64,000 bases of DNA from the NCBI RefSeq assembly GCF_009914755.1, contig NC_060926.1; one strand, given 5' to 3'. The stretch is from the human T2T-CHM13v2.0 reference genome, Homo sapiens. How positions within the stretch are numbered: the stretch's first letter is position 1; every line of letters begins with the position of its first letter. Position numbers and translations under genes: made by a program. Of the stretch, positions 1 to 14,734 are shown piece after piece. The notes under the pieces are model-generated. The model was not told the origin of the DNA. It was given only the letters and a program-made list of their open reading frames with translations, and searched no databases.

Positions 1-151
1 GCCACCACACCCTGCTAATTTTTGTATTTTTAGTAGAGATGGTGTTTCTCCATGGTGGCCAGGCTGGTCTCGAACTTCTGACCTCAAGTGATCTGCCCGC
101 CTTGGCCTCCCAAAGTACAGGGATTACAGACGTGAGCCAACGCGCCTGGCC
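1..151 (-). mobile_element. AluS, left arm (cut by the window edge)
   Basis: Reverse complement of Alu 5' end and linker: ...aatttttgtatttttagtagagat...gagccaacgcgcctggcc. Confidence 0.93.
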
Positions 152-3100
152 AGGAATTACCTAATCTTAATGTTCTCCGTGTGCAAATGAGGAAACTGAG
201 GCACCAGGTCTTAATTAAAATAATTTACTCAGACTCCTGACTCAAAAGTTACCACTGGGATACACTTTCTCTGTAATTACACATGTGAATCATGATTTTC
301 TTCTGAAATAAATTACCCCCGGCTCCCCATCCTCAATTTCATCTCTTCCATACCTCAACAAGTGACCTGCCACTGAGTTCAGTAATCTTAGTGTTAAAAA
401 TGCTGTCCATTTGCCTTGTGTAAAGAAATGAGACTTACAAACATCTGCAGCTTCTATTGTATATTTTTCCCTCAAGCTTGAAGTCTTTCTTCTGGATGGA
501 AACCAAATGAAGCCTTTCACTTCTAGCTCTAGCAGAGTTGCCATTCATGACAGTCTCATTTTTAGACCACTGATTCTGCAGCTTCGCCTATAGTTTTGTC
601 TAAATCTCAGATTGGTAGCAGCTGGTTTCAGTTTTATCAATTAGATCTTAGAGCATTTTGCTATTTTAATACTAGTTGAACTAATGCTTTGTAACTATCT
701 GCTTGTTTTAGTATGTCTTAGAAAGTTGTATAAAGATAGCTATTTTGATCTTAGTAAAATTTTCCCACTTTTCTTCTATGTATAACCAAAATATTTTTCT
801 TTTATCTCACACAGTTTATTTTCTGTTTTTTGTTTTTTTTTTTTTTTGTAAGTGGCTGTCAACCGCTTTTTCTTTCCATTGCCAGAATATCCTGTCTACC
901 TCATTTTCTGTATTTTCCATTTTAAACCAACCTTCTAGCTTATTTTCTGGCTACTATACTGTCCTCTAAAACATAAACATAAATGTGCACATGTCCTGTT
1001 CACTAGTCCCTGAATTCTACTCTAGAGTTTATCTAAACAAATAGCAATAATAGCCTATTTTCATGTCTTTGTAAAATCTCACTTTATGAGATATGTCGTC
1101 AAATAATTGTGTCCAGTCCTACTTGCTGTGTTTCTCTTCCATGAAGAGTGCATATATAGAGATCTCTACAGAGCACAACTCCATCACGTATTTCTAGTAC
1201 TGAGGGTTGTTTTCTCTTTTTAAATAAATAAAAATATGTGAACTGGTCCATGGGGCATTATTTTTCAAATGTTCTCCTTTCTATCTTGAAACAAATAATA
1301 GATAACATTTTATAAAGAACATGATGAGACATGGTCTATGTAAAATTTTATTACTTATCTTTATTAAATAGATCTAACTTTCTATAAGTGCTTATATATT
1401 ACAGTAAACAAAATTGAAAGTCTGCTAGGCTTTTTTTCTGGGCTAGTACTATTTTTGTGATAATAATTTAAAAGTTATCAAAAATGCTTCTAGCTACAAA
1501 ATTGCAACTATTGTGTGTAATGGTAGAATAAAAATTTATTCTGAGATACTGAAAGGAGAATCTCATAAAATAGAACTCAACTTTTAAAATTCCATTCTCA
1601 CAAATTTTTTAAGTATTCTTTTTTAAAAGATTGGCTACTTAAAAATGTTTGGCTTTCTTAAGTGAATGTAAAAACACATTATTAATGATTACTAAAGAGT
1701 AGGTATCAGTATGATACATATAATTTATTATGTCTTATAGAAGGGATTTTGAGTGGGAGTAAAGAAATATTTGTGAAATAGAAAAGAACATGAGAATTCA
1801 TAAAAGGTATTCTAAAAATTCTTAAGCTGAAAAGTTAAAGTCTGTAACAGACTAAACACATTCCAAATGCCTCTAGATATTACATATGGATGCTATCTCT
1901 CAGCATGTGGATACTTGATACATTTAATAGGAAAGATTTGTGTTGTGCTTTCAGTGCAAAACTATAAAAATATGTTACAAAGGTAAGGGTAATAATTTTC
2001 AGTGACTAAGCAAAGCTTGAATCTCTGTTTATAAAAGTCTTTAAAAGCAGTATTTTAAAGCTAGAATGCAAATGCTTTGGGTTTAGTCTTCCACAAATGC
2101 CTAAAAATGCACTATAAATTCTGTTAGTATATAAAACGTATTGCTTTTTTGTCTCTTGAAAGCCATACAACTTTCTCTGTCAACCAAGCATTTTATATTC
2201 AGACCTTATAATGCATATCTATATATAACAGTCCATATACATATGAGTGTTCATATCCTCAAATATATAGAATCATTTAATACTATATTATCACTCTAAG
2301 ATTTGTTTTGTTTTTAGCTTTTATTCCAAGCCTCTGACATAAGCTGCTTGACTGAACAAGTTTTATATATATCAGCAATATCTGGGCAAAACTCACTTGA
2401 AATTTATTACCAGATTTGAAATTTCATCATATTCCACAAATGCTGAAAACTGATGTGCTCCTTTTTGCATTTCTTAATGATAATAGGCTTGCAAAGAAAA
2501 CACATTAAAAATCAACCTAATCCACTGATGAGAATATATTTAATGTATTTATTTTAGATTGCTGATAATTTAGAGAATACTTCGTGCAGAGTGAATTCAT
2601 CATGCATTTTGCTTAATGCTGTTCTCAACTTTCCAGCAAGAAGTCAAAATTTCACCATTTTCAATTTGGAGCAGAAAGCATTTGTAGCAGCTGTAGCTCT
2701 TAATTTGACATCTAGTTTCAGGTCATTTTCATGTAAATAGGGAACAATGGAGACCGGCTTACAATTTCCATAACGTGGATGTTTCCTTCAACTTTATTAT
2801 TTTCTTATGACAATTATATTTTCTCTGTGGGATTAACGGAGCCAGTAATTGTTCACAGTTATTATTTTTAATCTTTATGAAAACTTGGTAGTTCTACTCT
2901 TTAGTACTCAAAAGCTCCCAGTGCCTTCTATATTTCAGTCATACACACAATCCATTAATGTTTCTAGCTGATCCTTTCCTTAATCAGGGGTAGGTTAGGC
3001 AGGTCAGGCTTTCTATTTCTTTCTATAATACATTTTCTTCAGGCTTTGCAACCTCTTTTTCTACCTTTACAAAAGTATAGGAGGTGAAAATTTGGAATTG

Positions 3101-3589
3101 TTCTGTTGAATAGAACTGATGCCCTATTGAAAAGCAAGTTTGAGTTTTGATTTATATTGCTTTGAACATGCCCATATGTATTACCAACTGTGGCTTCACA
3201 GCCATTATAACACGTAATTCTGTGCTTTTTCTAATAAATATTTTATTTCATTTTTCCTCTGTTCCAGAGAAGAAGCCTACTTTATGCTGAAGCATCGATG
3301 TGCTTTCTTCTGTGTTTTTTATGATCTGTACAGCAATTTTCAAGTGTGTTTTAATGGGGAAAATTTTAATTTTTGTGTACCTCTTTTAAAATATGTTGAT
3401 TTATGCAGATTAAGTTAAGTAGGAAGTTATTTTTGTAGGTAGTCATTTCCATTTGTTCCTCTTCTAGGAGTAAAAGTAAGAAATCAGATAGACTTTTAAA
3501 CATTTTGTTTTCTGGATCATCTGAACATACCAATAAATTATGTACTCTTTTGACTTTGAAGTTGTATTAGTTGATATAATCCTGAGCGG

Positions 3590-3591
<2 letters not shown>

Positions 3592-3627
<36 letters not shown>
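3592..3627 (+). repeat. (GT)18 microsatellite
   Basis: Perfect dinucleotide run. Confidence 0.97.
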
Positions 3628-3629
<2 letters not shown>

Positions 3630-3694
3630 TTTAGATGTGCTCCCTCTGTTTTTTAGCAGACACTCATTTGTGCTCTTGTTTTTTTCTGCCCCAG

Positions 3695-3781
3695 TGATAT
3701 GACAAGAACAGTGGAGATTTCTGGGGAAGGAGGCCCATTGGGAATACATGTAGTGCCCTTCTTTTCATCTCTGAGTGGAAG
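3695..3781 (+). CDS. PARD3B: PARD3B coding exon (87 nt, phase 2/2), start of PDZ1: (S)DMTRTVEISGEGGPLGIHVVPFFSSLSG(R)
   Basis: Polypyrimidine tract with cccag| acceptor and AG|gtaaga donor. The GPLGIHV carboxylate-binding loop is typical of Par3-family PDZ1. The frame joins the next exon. Confidence 0.95.
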
Positions 3782-5469
3782 GTAAGATGTTTTTCTCATT
3801 CCAGAAGCTCATGCTAATGAAAACCCTGATTTGAGCTCCTTTTCCCAAATATTTTTCACAAGGAGATTAAATGTGAATTCTATTATTCAAATGGATACCT
3901 CAAGACATACTTCTGTTGGCCACTTAAGTGTTGGAAACAAAATAAAATAATTGACTTTAGGATGTAATGGGGAAAGAAATCAATCACTGTTTCTCCATTT
4001 ACAATTAATTATGAAATACTTTCTTAAAGTATCCTTATCAGTGACACATAGTAAACAGAATCCTTGGCAAAGATGTTAACATATTGTTAGACAAATGTTG
4101 CAACTGAATTTTTTAATATTCCAGAATATACTTCAACAAGTGAGTATAATAATTCCAAATTGATATATCCTGTTATTCTTCAAGTATGTAGCATTTAGAA
4201 TAATAAATATTCTAACATTTTAAGTAGCTATATCTGATGCTGTGTATGTATGATGGCTTTATAAAAGCAATGTGTCATCATGCTGTATTTTCCTAAAATA
4301 TAATTTAGTCAATTAAAAATAATTTACCACATCCTTTTGGAATTTTTAATACATTATGTTGCTAAATCCACACTGGTAAAAATGGCATTGTAGATCGTAT
4401 CAACACTTCTTGAAATTTACATCTATCTAACTGGATTTAAAACTTGTTCTCTTGATGGAAATTAAAGTGTGTGCCACAGAGTTCATATTACCCCTGTTAA
4501 AACAATTGTACTGAACTTGTTTTAGATATTATGTCACTTTGTAATAAGACGACCACATTTAGCACTAGATTGATATTGACAAGGGTTGTCAGAAACTTAA
4601 AAGAAAATCAGTTTTTCACTAACATGACATGATTTTAGTTAACTTACTGAATTTATTTTCTTAAACACATCATTGAAAAGGGGGGATTCCTTAGTTTAGT
4701 TTAGGATATCAAAGACGAGACAAGTCAATTGATTTTCCCAAGGTCATACAAAATCCAGCTCTCCTAACTTCTCACTTCATTGTTCTTTCAAGAACTAAAA
4801 TTTTCTCAAAGGTTATATAGTATTAATTTAGTGGTTCTGAATATTTATTCAATTCAGTCTGCCCTATAGCGAAAAGAACAGATTTAGTCATGGTATTTTG
4901 GTTGGCATCATATTCAGCAGGTAGCCATCTGCTACCTGTAATTGCGAAGTCATCACCTTTTTTTTTTTTTGCAAATAACATCTGATGCCAAGCTCTCACT
5001 GGAATGAATGTTCCCCAAAAGAAATGAACCAAAAAGCTAGCAACTCTTATTGTCTCATTTCCTGTGTGTGTTAATAAGTGTGTTTATAAATGTTATGGGT
5101 TATGGCATAGGACAAACTGAGGTTGTTTTTGATAGATAGGGTGAATATTTACTCAGTTGTCATGAGAAATTCTAATGACTTTTGGCAGAAGTATACTGAC
5201 AGAATTTTGTGAACTACCAGAGCTATTAAATGACCAGGCTCTTTAGTTTAATGAAGGTGGGATAGAGCACAAGATCTTCCCAATTTCCAAAAATGAGAAA
5301 ATATACAGTGTGACAGTCACTAGACTTCATTTTCAGTAGTTCAGAAAACAAGCTGATCCTATAGATCAGAAATCACATTCTCTCACTTCAAACGAGGGAA
5401 ATACACTAAGCTTTATTGATTTCCTCCCTTCCTTTTCCTGGTTCTGATTCCTAGCACAAGCCTTGTAGA

Positions 5470-5665
5470 ATAGAAGGAAGAGTATTGGACGTGGTTTCAG
5501 AACAACTGGATTTGAATCCCAGTGTTCTTTTTTATAACCTTGAGCAAGTCCCCTAAACTTGCCCCTTTTGAGTACCTACTTTACATCAAGGTTATGGGGA
5601 TTAAATAACATTAAAAATGTGAAAGTTCCTTGTAAAACACCTAATGTATGAACGTGTAAATCATC
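5470..5665 (+). mobile_element. MIR (degenerate)
   Basis: ggatttgaatcccag...accttgagcaagtc...ggttatggggattaaat resembles the MIR consensus. Boundaries approximate. Confidence 0.6.
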
Positions 5666-8118
5666 AGTCTGATGATTATTTTGGCTAAAACCAAAAAGCC
5701 TGATTCAGAAATGTAGTTTTATTATAAGTTCATGGTTAACTGTTCAGTAACTTGGTGAAATAGTTCTATTATTTATTTTTTGCTATCCACCAGTATTATA
5801 GGAAGGAAATTTAATTAAAAAACATTAAAAATGCTATGGAAGTGGAGACATGAGCCAATAAAAGTTAAGGAGTAATGAGTACAGGCTGAAACAGCACGCT
5901 TAACTCAACCCATGTGTCTAGATGCAACTGTGTATAGAGCATGTCAGACAAGTGTCTGACTTCATAATGCCATATGGTTTCACTGTGTGAGCACAGGGGC
6001 TTCGTTAAGGTCATAGTGGTATACTTTGCTCTTAATTTCCTTCCATTTATTGGTTTGTGCCATTATTTTAAATTAGAATTTACATTTAATTTTTTTACTA
6101 AGATTACTGTAATTGGCTTTGCCTCCAATGTATTTTTTTATTTTTTTTTCTTTTAGAAAAATGTTGCCACACCTGTTGTTGAATAAGAAACCTAATCTAA
6201 GTTAGATCATCCTAATAAGTAAATTATAGTGGCTGCTCTGCTAGATAAAGCCTCAATGAATTCATTAGATACCATCGCAGAGGGGTGCTGAATGCTGCTT
6301 GTATTGAGGGCCATTGGCTTTCCCAGTAAAAACAAAGCAAACATAAAAAAAACACCAAAGTTCTTGCAACTAAAATGCAACTTAATTTTATTCAGATTTT
6401 TAAAATCAATGTGGTTTTTGTGAATTAAAAACATGAAATCTAATTCGTTTCAGTACAGATGCATAATATGCCTCAGTTTCATAGGGAAGACAGCTAAACA
6501 GGAGAGAGAAGGAGAAGGACTGGATGAAGGCTGATAAAGACTGTGAGAAGAGATGTTCAAACCAAAATTCTAAGCTGGTAGAGTCACTGAGGCTGTGTGA
6601 CATTGGGAAAAGAACAGGAAGGGGGCAAGGAGAAGATGTTGGTGCCTAAATGATAATTAGAAGAGCAAGAAGAATTGTTACCCCTCTAATTCTGTGAGGC
6701 TGTGGATTTCAGCATCCTTTATCACTGTTCATTAATGCAAATTAACTGGTTAGTCTCGGCCTATAACTCCTCGACAGCATTAATCTTTAAATTCTGCGAG
6801 TCTTGGTCCCAAATGAGACAGCTACCACAGCCCACCAGTTCAGGGCAAAGAGGATAATGAGGTATTGTTTTCTGAGCCTTCTTGTATTGGTCTGGATGAA
6901 ATCAAACTGGAGGGAATCTATCCCTTCCACGGAGCAGAGAGGGCAGAAGTGGTTTGTTGCCAGGGACCAAACTAATAAAATCAGTCAGTTTTACATTTTA
7001 CCAAAATTACCTCTGACACATGGGTTTTACAGTTGGGCTTATTCTGTCAATAAATTTTTCATGGAAAGTTAGATTATTTAGATCAGTGAGGTTCACATAG
7101 CATACTCCAGCTGTAATATGCCAGCTAAATTGCAACCCAGTGGCCCGAAAGAATTAATTCATCTCCCAAAATGTGAAATTAAATCCTAGGGAGTAACATT
7201 ACATGACTGATGATGTACTGAATTAAATTAAAGGAAGACTTGAATGCTTGTTAAAAAAATATCACTTACATAAACACGTTTATAACCACATGTGAGCCTC
7301 CTAATGAATCAAGTTATTGTGAATCCACCCTAACAAAAATCCAAAATGTGAACTCTTAGGATGCTGTTTAATTTAGGGAAAAAACCCATAAGTTTTATCT
7401 ATTATTTTAATGTGTCAAATAGTTTCATTTTTAATACTGTGTTTCAAGATTAAAGTAACACAGAATATGACTAATTTGCTAACCTACTGGAACTAGGAAA
7501 TGAACCACAAGACCCCACTGCACACTTGTGCCTATGACCCTGAGCCTTCCCTGCAGTAGATGGCATGGCTGTTTGCTGTTCTTTCTCCTGCAGCAGCGTG
7601 CTGTATTCATTTAACATTTTGAAGTGAGACCCAAATATCACTGCCATGCCTGTTGAGGTCTTGAGATGATGGGAGCTCATTAAGGGGACAGAGGTTCAAC
7701 TCCGTGGCCACTCCAAACAGGAGGACTACTTTCTCTAATACTTGCATTGTAGATTCCCCTTTTCTATGGCTGACCCTGTTATTTACACATAAAATGTACT
7801 CATGTTTTATTTAGGTTTGAAATTTAATGTGAAGGTATTTTGTAATAGCACACATGGATTTTATACAAAAGAGAGTGACAAAGTCAAAAAGCAAGAGTAT
7901 TGATAAAGTGCAGATCACAGTTTCTCCAAATGTAGCAGACTCCTCTTGCAGGACATATCTATCTTTCTTACTCTGGACACAGCTAAGCCTTGTCACATCA
8001 CGAGGAGAAGGGAAATCCCACAAATAAGAAATAATGAAAATATGTATAAGTTCCATTTCTTACGGTTTTTGGTTTAGTTTTGGTTTATATATGTAACAGA
8101 ATTGTGTATGTATGTGTG

Positions 8119-8174
8119 TACACACACACACACACACACATACACACACACACACACACACATACACACACACA
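8119..8174 (+). repeat. Interrupted (CA)n microsatellite
   Basis: CA run with two TA interruptions. Confidence 0.95.
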
Positions 8175-9145
8175 TATTTTAATTCTAGTGGCTATAGTTT
8201 TCTTTCTTCTTTCCTTCTCTTCCAACCCTCCTGATTCTAAGCTACAGCCACAAAAATCCAGAGGCCTCTTTGTATCCTCTCTAATTTAGCCTCTTCTTGG
8301 TTGAAATTTTGGACAACTCTTCCCAAAGCCTGCCTTCATCATGTCGCTGCCCTACTCGGAAGCGGGGTCTGCTAGATGCCCCCCTCCAGGTCCATCAGAT
8401 TAAGTTCATTGGCTGTTTGTTCAAAGCCTTTGTGTGTGGCACTGGTCTCCCATCTAGTTAGCTCTCAAATCTTTGAAGGCTCTAGGCTTGTTAATGTCTT
8501 TAGTTTTTGGACTTCAGCTGTCCCCCAAATGTATAGTGAAATTACCTGGTCCTGGTCCTATGACTTTGTCTCATACTCCTCCATCCTGATCACACAGGAA
8601 ACACCCAACACATACCTGATTTGGTAGCACCAACAAATGGGATCCAGCTTCCTTCTAAACTGAGTAATATGATCTGAGCTTAAATGTTTCTTTACTTCTT
8701 AAAATGCAAATTTTTAGAATAGGTAGTAAGACTGCAAAAATGTTACTGTGAATATCCTAATGCTCTCCCACTGCTAAACATCACGTTGCCACGTTGGCAC
8801 TAACTCAGACTTACTATAGTCAGGTGTGATGCCCTTCTCCAAACCACAAGTCTTTGGTGTCAACTCCAGTAAACTAGCCTTTCAATAAGTTTACTGCAAG
8901 CATGAGAAATGAAGTCGCAGATTGATGTTGGTACTTATGCATATTTATCTAGAAGGGCTTTTTCTCTTGTAGTCAGTTTTGGCTTTTTTTGGATTAGGGA
9001 TTAAAATAACAAACAGTTGCCTGAATATAAAGTAAAATTTCTTTTGTAAATAGAAATCAATATGTATTTCTGAATAGTTGCAAGTGGAGAAATAATTAGC
9101 ATTTATTATTCAGTAATTATATTTCAATCTAAATTTTGCATTTAG

Positions 9146-9271
9146 GATTCTAGGACTCTTCATCCGAGGCATTGAAGACAACAGCAGGTCCAAGCGGGAG
9201 GGACTATTTCACGAAAATGAATGTATTGTAAAAATCAACAATGTGGATCTCGTAGACAAAACCTTTGCTCA
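9146..9271 (+). CDS. PARD3B: PARD3B coding exon (126 nt, phase 2/2), PDZ1: (R)ILGLFIRGIEDNSRSKREGLFHENECIVKINNVDLVDKTFA(Q)
   Basis: tttag| acceptor and CA|gtaagc donor. Open frame with PDZ core pattern. Confidence 0.95.
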
Positions 9272-9724
9272 GTAAGCATTTTTTCATTGTTTTATTTACT
9301 TTCTTGATCCCTAGCATGGTTATAAGCATTACTGAACTCATTATGATCAAAATAGTAGGTAGAATTTCTAGTCAGTTCCCTTTGAACGATCCAGGATATC
9401 CATTTTCGAATGCTTCTAATGTTTTAGCCTACTCAAAGGTGGCCCACACATGTCTCTGGCAGGTCTGAGAATGCTAAACTACAGAATATCACAAGCCTTC
9501 CTGCCTGGCTGTCTTTACTGGGGCGTCGTTGAACGGGTTTGTTTTTCTTGGGCTATGGGTCACTTAAACTGGTATTTAACGGCTCTTTTCACAGACTGTT
9601 GGTTCAGCTTATTAATTAACTTTCTTGGTGTCAGCAGTCTTCCTTAAACTAAAAAATCTGTGAGAGATGTCTGAGGACTCACCGAATCATAGAAACAAAC
9701 AGAAAAAATAAAATACCGTCTCCT

Positions 9725-10025
<301 letters not shown>

Positions 10026-10699
10026 ATACTGTCTCCCTCAAGAAATCATCTTTCTGCATGTGAAAATGTTAAGGGAATAGCTTCCTGTACCCAGGAATTA
10101 GAGTGTATAGTAATCTGATGCATATTTTTTTAATGTGTGTTGGCATTGCAGTGGGATTCTGGACCAAAGGACTAAGTACTAATAATCCTTGGGAGTCATC
10201 ACCACCCTCTTGTTTCTGACCAAAACAGCTCCTAATACATCTTCTCGCTGGGCATTAGTTGTCAATATTGTATGCGTGTTTGTGGACAAAGATGAGTGGT
10301 TGTGGGTCGAGGAAAAGTGGGTACTGGCTGCTAAGTATGAAAAGAAATGAAACCTTAGAAGAATCTATTGTGTTAAAATAATGAATGATAGACAAAACTA
10401 TAGTTAGTAATAATTTTTAATATACTACTGTGCTTTTTCACAAGGACTTGATAATTATGCAAAGCAATCATTATTACTTCTGTTTTATAGAGGTGGAAAC
10501 TGAGGCTCATAAAAATTTAGTATAGAGTTAGTATGGAGTAGAAACTGATTCCTATGCAAGCAAAAATAACATAGGGGAACTGACCACAGGAGTTAGGTGG
10601 AGTTAGGCCTATGTGAAATCTTCCTTCTCCCCTAACAATTTGCAGAATTAAGCACTTCAGAAAGGGGGGTGCGGGGTAGGGTTTAAGGAATCAGATTGC

Positions 10700-11140
10700 A
10701 GTTGGGATTATGATTAGTTATTATGTGCTGTGGCTGCTAGGAACAGAGACCTGAAATAAGAATAGCTGAAACAAGATTAACATTAATTTTTCCTAGCAAC
10801 AAGCAAACGTGGAAGAGGGCACTCCACAGTTAGTGCGGCAGCTGCACAGCCGCCAGTGGGTCAGGCAGCTTCCGTTTTCTGCTTTGCCATCTCGCCATGT
10901 GGCTACTATCCTTCAGTGGAAAAATGGGCACAAGATGGCTGCTGAGTTTCCTCAGTCACTTCTGAGTTTCAAGAAATAGGGAAGAGAAACAGGAGAACAA
11001 TAAAAGTTTTTGTCTCTCTACTGAACCAGCCGCTTCTAAAGAGCTTTCCTTTAACGCCTTCATTTATATCTTCTGGGCAAGAAAGAGTGGGAAAGGTAGT
11101 TGTTTGACCTGGGCACAGGGCATCTAGAGGCATGAGGAAG
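10700..11140 (-). mobile_element. MLT1 (MaLR LTR, J/K-like), degenerate
   Basis: ggctgctaggaacagagacc...ttctgctttgccatc...cacaagatggctgctg resembles old MLT1. Boundaries approximate. Confidence 0.55.
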
Positions 11141-11815
11141 AAGAAAATGTTATAAGAAGTTTGAGGAAGAACACAAAGTGTTAGGTCATAAAAGTGAAAA
11201 ACACAGTTGCTCTGTGTGAGAGTAACAGGAAGGGTGCATGTTGGATTGAAATTCCACTGAGACATTTTGGCACAGCCAAAGCACCTGCCAAAATGTCTCC
11301 ATGAGCAAACATGGATGTCAAACTTGAACTTGTGTAACACAACCCATGTTAGAGAAGATCTGTACTTTAGAAGGATGTCCTAAAAGAAACCTAACTAATG
11401 ATCTGATCCAAAATATCTATTTTGCTTTTTATATTCACTTTGGTAATCACTTCTGGTTAGATTTTCATCTTTAGAAACATGTAAAAGCTGTGGGTCATTG
11501 GATAAATTATTTCATCTCTCTGAGCCTCAACTTCCATGTCCGTGAAATGAAAGCTATTTATACTTACCGAATGTGCTTTCTAAATTAGAGAAGGATGCAT
11601 GCTAATAATGCATGTATAAGCTAGTGCAGGGGCACCTAGTGCAAATAGTAAGTGGTAACTAGTATGTAGTTGGCAAAGTCATTCTGATAGGAATATTGAT
11701 CGTGTCTCCTATGATTAGCCACTGTGCTGCTCTTGGTTGCCATCCTCCTGGGGTACTTTAGAAGATGCTGCACCTCAAAGCAGGGTCATCATACATTTAT
11801 CAACTTTCTTTCCAG

Positions 11816-12174
11816 GGCTCAAGATGTCTTCCGCCAGGCAATGAAATCTCCAAGTGTGCTCCTCCACGTGCTTCCTCCACAAAACCGTGAACAGTATGAA
11901 AAGTCAGTCATTGGCTCTCTTAACATTTTTGGTAATAATGATGGCGTTTTGAAAACCAAAGTGCCGCCTCCTGTCCATGGAAAATCGGGACTAAAGACAG
12001 CAAATCTCACAGGAACCGATAGTCCTGAAACAGATGCATCAGCTTCCCTGCAACAAAACAAGAGTCCCCGAGTACCAAGGCTGGGAGGAAAACCATCCTC
12101 TCCCTCACTCTCGCCTCTCATGGGATTTGGCAGCAATAAAAATGCAAAGAAAATTAAGATTGACCTAAAGAAAG
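11816..12174 (+). CDS. PARD3B: PARD3B coding exon (359 nt, phase 2/1), end of PDZ1 and PDZ1-PDZ2 linker: AQDVFRQAMKSPSVLLHVLPP...KKIKIDLKK(G)
   Basis: ttctttccag| acceptor and AAG|gtaatt donor. Lies within ORF 11724..12185. Confidence 0.95.
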
Positions 12175-13149
12175 GTAATTATTAAATTATGCCTAATAGC
12201 ATTCTATTATTGTAACATGTAAAATTGGTTAAGAGAAATGCATTAAGGCTAATTTAGTTAATTCTCCCTTCATTTAATTGTATCAAAGAATAGATTTAAG
12301 TGTATACTTAGGTAACTTAAATTTCTTGAAATTGTACTTTTTTATTCTTTTCTTCGGAGTGTATAGATTATTTTAAACAAGAAAATAATAAAGACATGTT
12401 GGGAAGTGGAAAGAATCATTGCAAACCTGATATCAACAGAGCAATATTGTATTACAACTTAATACCAAATAGGCATGAAAATTCAGTTGTCCCTGTTCTG
12501 AGCACGATTAGTGATTCTTGAAGCATCCTTTAGGCCATGTCCAAAAAGCATATTGTTTTTCTAAGACAGTCTTCTAACAACAAAAATTTACTCCTCAGAA
12601 AGCAAATATGTAATGTTTACTAATTTCTCTGATTCAACGTCACAAACATTTAAAACATACCTAATTTCAAAAGCATGTATAATATTTTCTTTCTTCATCT
12701 TTTTCAACTTTTCTATCCATTTCAAGCACAGATCAGTGAGAAGAGATCATGTGTGTACATGCATATTTATGCAGTATTCTACACACATACATAAGCATTC
12801 ATGTGCTTCTGTGCTTTTGTTCATTTTGTAACCTCTGCTTTATATTACCTTCCCCCATTGCAACCTTCTGAAATTCTGTGTTTTTCAAGACAACTCAAAA
12901 GAAACCAAGATCTTATAGATTCTTGTCTGAATTAATAGAGAATTTATGGTCAAAAGGTAGTTTTAGAAAAACTATTAAGGTCTTTCAAAAACAAATAATG
13001 TATCATCATTTAGGATATGAAAATTATTCTGGAAAGATTCTCTGATCAAAATTTCATTCACCTATAAGAATTCTATTCTGGGAATAAAATACATTGACTA
13101 GTAGGTACAAAAATACTTCAGTGTGCTTATCAATCAGGTTTTTTATTTA

Positions 13150-14250
13150 AATGCCTCAGTTGTATTTTTTGTACAAATGATCCAGCTGTGTGTAAGACAC
13201 AGATTTGGGTGTTTTGAATATAGAAAAATGAATCAGACACAGAATCACCTTAAAAATTTATTACAAAGCCTTGAATGCAAAAATGAAAGATACGACATCA
13301 CATCTCTACTTTGGCAAGATTAATCTGACAGCAAAAAGATACACTGAAGACAAGGCCAAACAACAAAGGATAAGTAAAGGGTGCACTGCATCTGTCTAAA
13401 GGTGGAAACATAATAGGCATGCATTAATAAATGACTGGTTGTAGGAAGGAAAAAAGAGAAGAATTACAGTGATTCCTGAGGTTTTTCAGCCAGAGCAAGT
13501 TGCATAATGGAGATGTCATTGCTAGAAATTAGAATTTTAAGTAGATGAGGATATTTGAAAAGGTCAGGATCTGGACTGGAGAGGGAGGTACATAGTGAAG
13601 TTTGAAATGTGCATGATGACATCTAGGAAGCTGACATCAAAAAGAGACATTGGAGCCATAGAGATTTAGGTCTCTTTCATTGGAAGATATACTTGGATCC
13701 AGGAGCTGGCCAAGGCAGGGAGTCTAGGGGACAAACTGGTCTAAGACAGATCCTTGAGGAACATCTGTGGCTACATGGGAGGACAATGAGTAAGATTTAG
13801 AGAGAGTGATGGATGTGATGTGATCAAAGATAGGAAAATAATCAGAAAATAAAGACATGAAAACCAAAGAGAGTCAATTTCAAAAAAAAAAAAAAAAAAG
13901 TGGTGGGAATCATCAAAGCTAGACCAACAGAGATGGTCGCGGGTAGGTCACTGGTGATGGAAGCTTGAAGAAGCAGTAAGATGGAAGTAAGGATCCTTCA
14001 GGGTAGAGAAATCTGAGCATACCTTTAGACTGAGTGAAAAATACATGAGAAGGGAGAAATTGGAGATGCAGGAGAACAGGACAGGAACAACAAGATGCTT
14101 GCTGACCAGACAATGGGATGCAGCAGTACAAGGAATTGAGACACAAGTAGAGGGCTCAGCCATAGGTTGTCCAGCTCATGTAAGAGGCTGACAGAACTTA
14201 AGTCAAATGGCCTTTTGCTTCTCAGGAAGTATGAAGTCAGGTTATGGTTT
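13150..14250 (-). mobile_element. Degenerate L2 LINE fragment(s)
   Basis: Purine-rich tract with L2-like motifs (tgattcctgaggttttt...atggagatgtcattgctaga; aggtcactggtga). Boundaries approximate. Confidence 0.5.
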
Positions 14251-14515
14251 ATTGAGAAGTCAATCTCCTGGGCATCTGGATAACATGTGCATTTCTTCTA
14301 GAACCTGAATAAGCCAAAGTGTTACACATCTGGATTGGGCCCTAAATTCACTTTGATACTGTCATGGCCTGTCAGGAACTATAATCTGCATTTGAAACAC
14401 AAATAACTGAAGCATATTTAAAATGTCCCAGAATGTAAATATTTTACTGATTCTATATTAGTCTAAATTAGGTAGATCTTACTGTAAGACTGAATATAAT
14501 ATTACTCATGCTTAA

Positions 14516-14734
<219 letters not shown>

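Noticed and set aside
6735-6742. Octamer ATGCAAAT (also at about 55341) and the inverted gtcagaca/tgtctgac at 5943-5960
   Set aside because: Short motifs are expected by chance in 64 kb of AT-rich DNA and cannot be supported without conservation or ChIP data.
11724-11815. N-terminal extension of the 153-aa ORF resembling a signal peptide
   Set aside because: It starts at a non-ATG codon in intronic sequence upstream of a strong acceptor. The nearby upstream AGs (11780, 11783) are out of frame.
11819-12136. 105-aa antisense ORF
   Set aside because: A shadow of the coding exon with no independent support.
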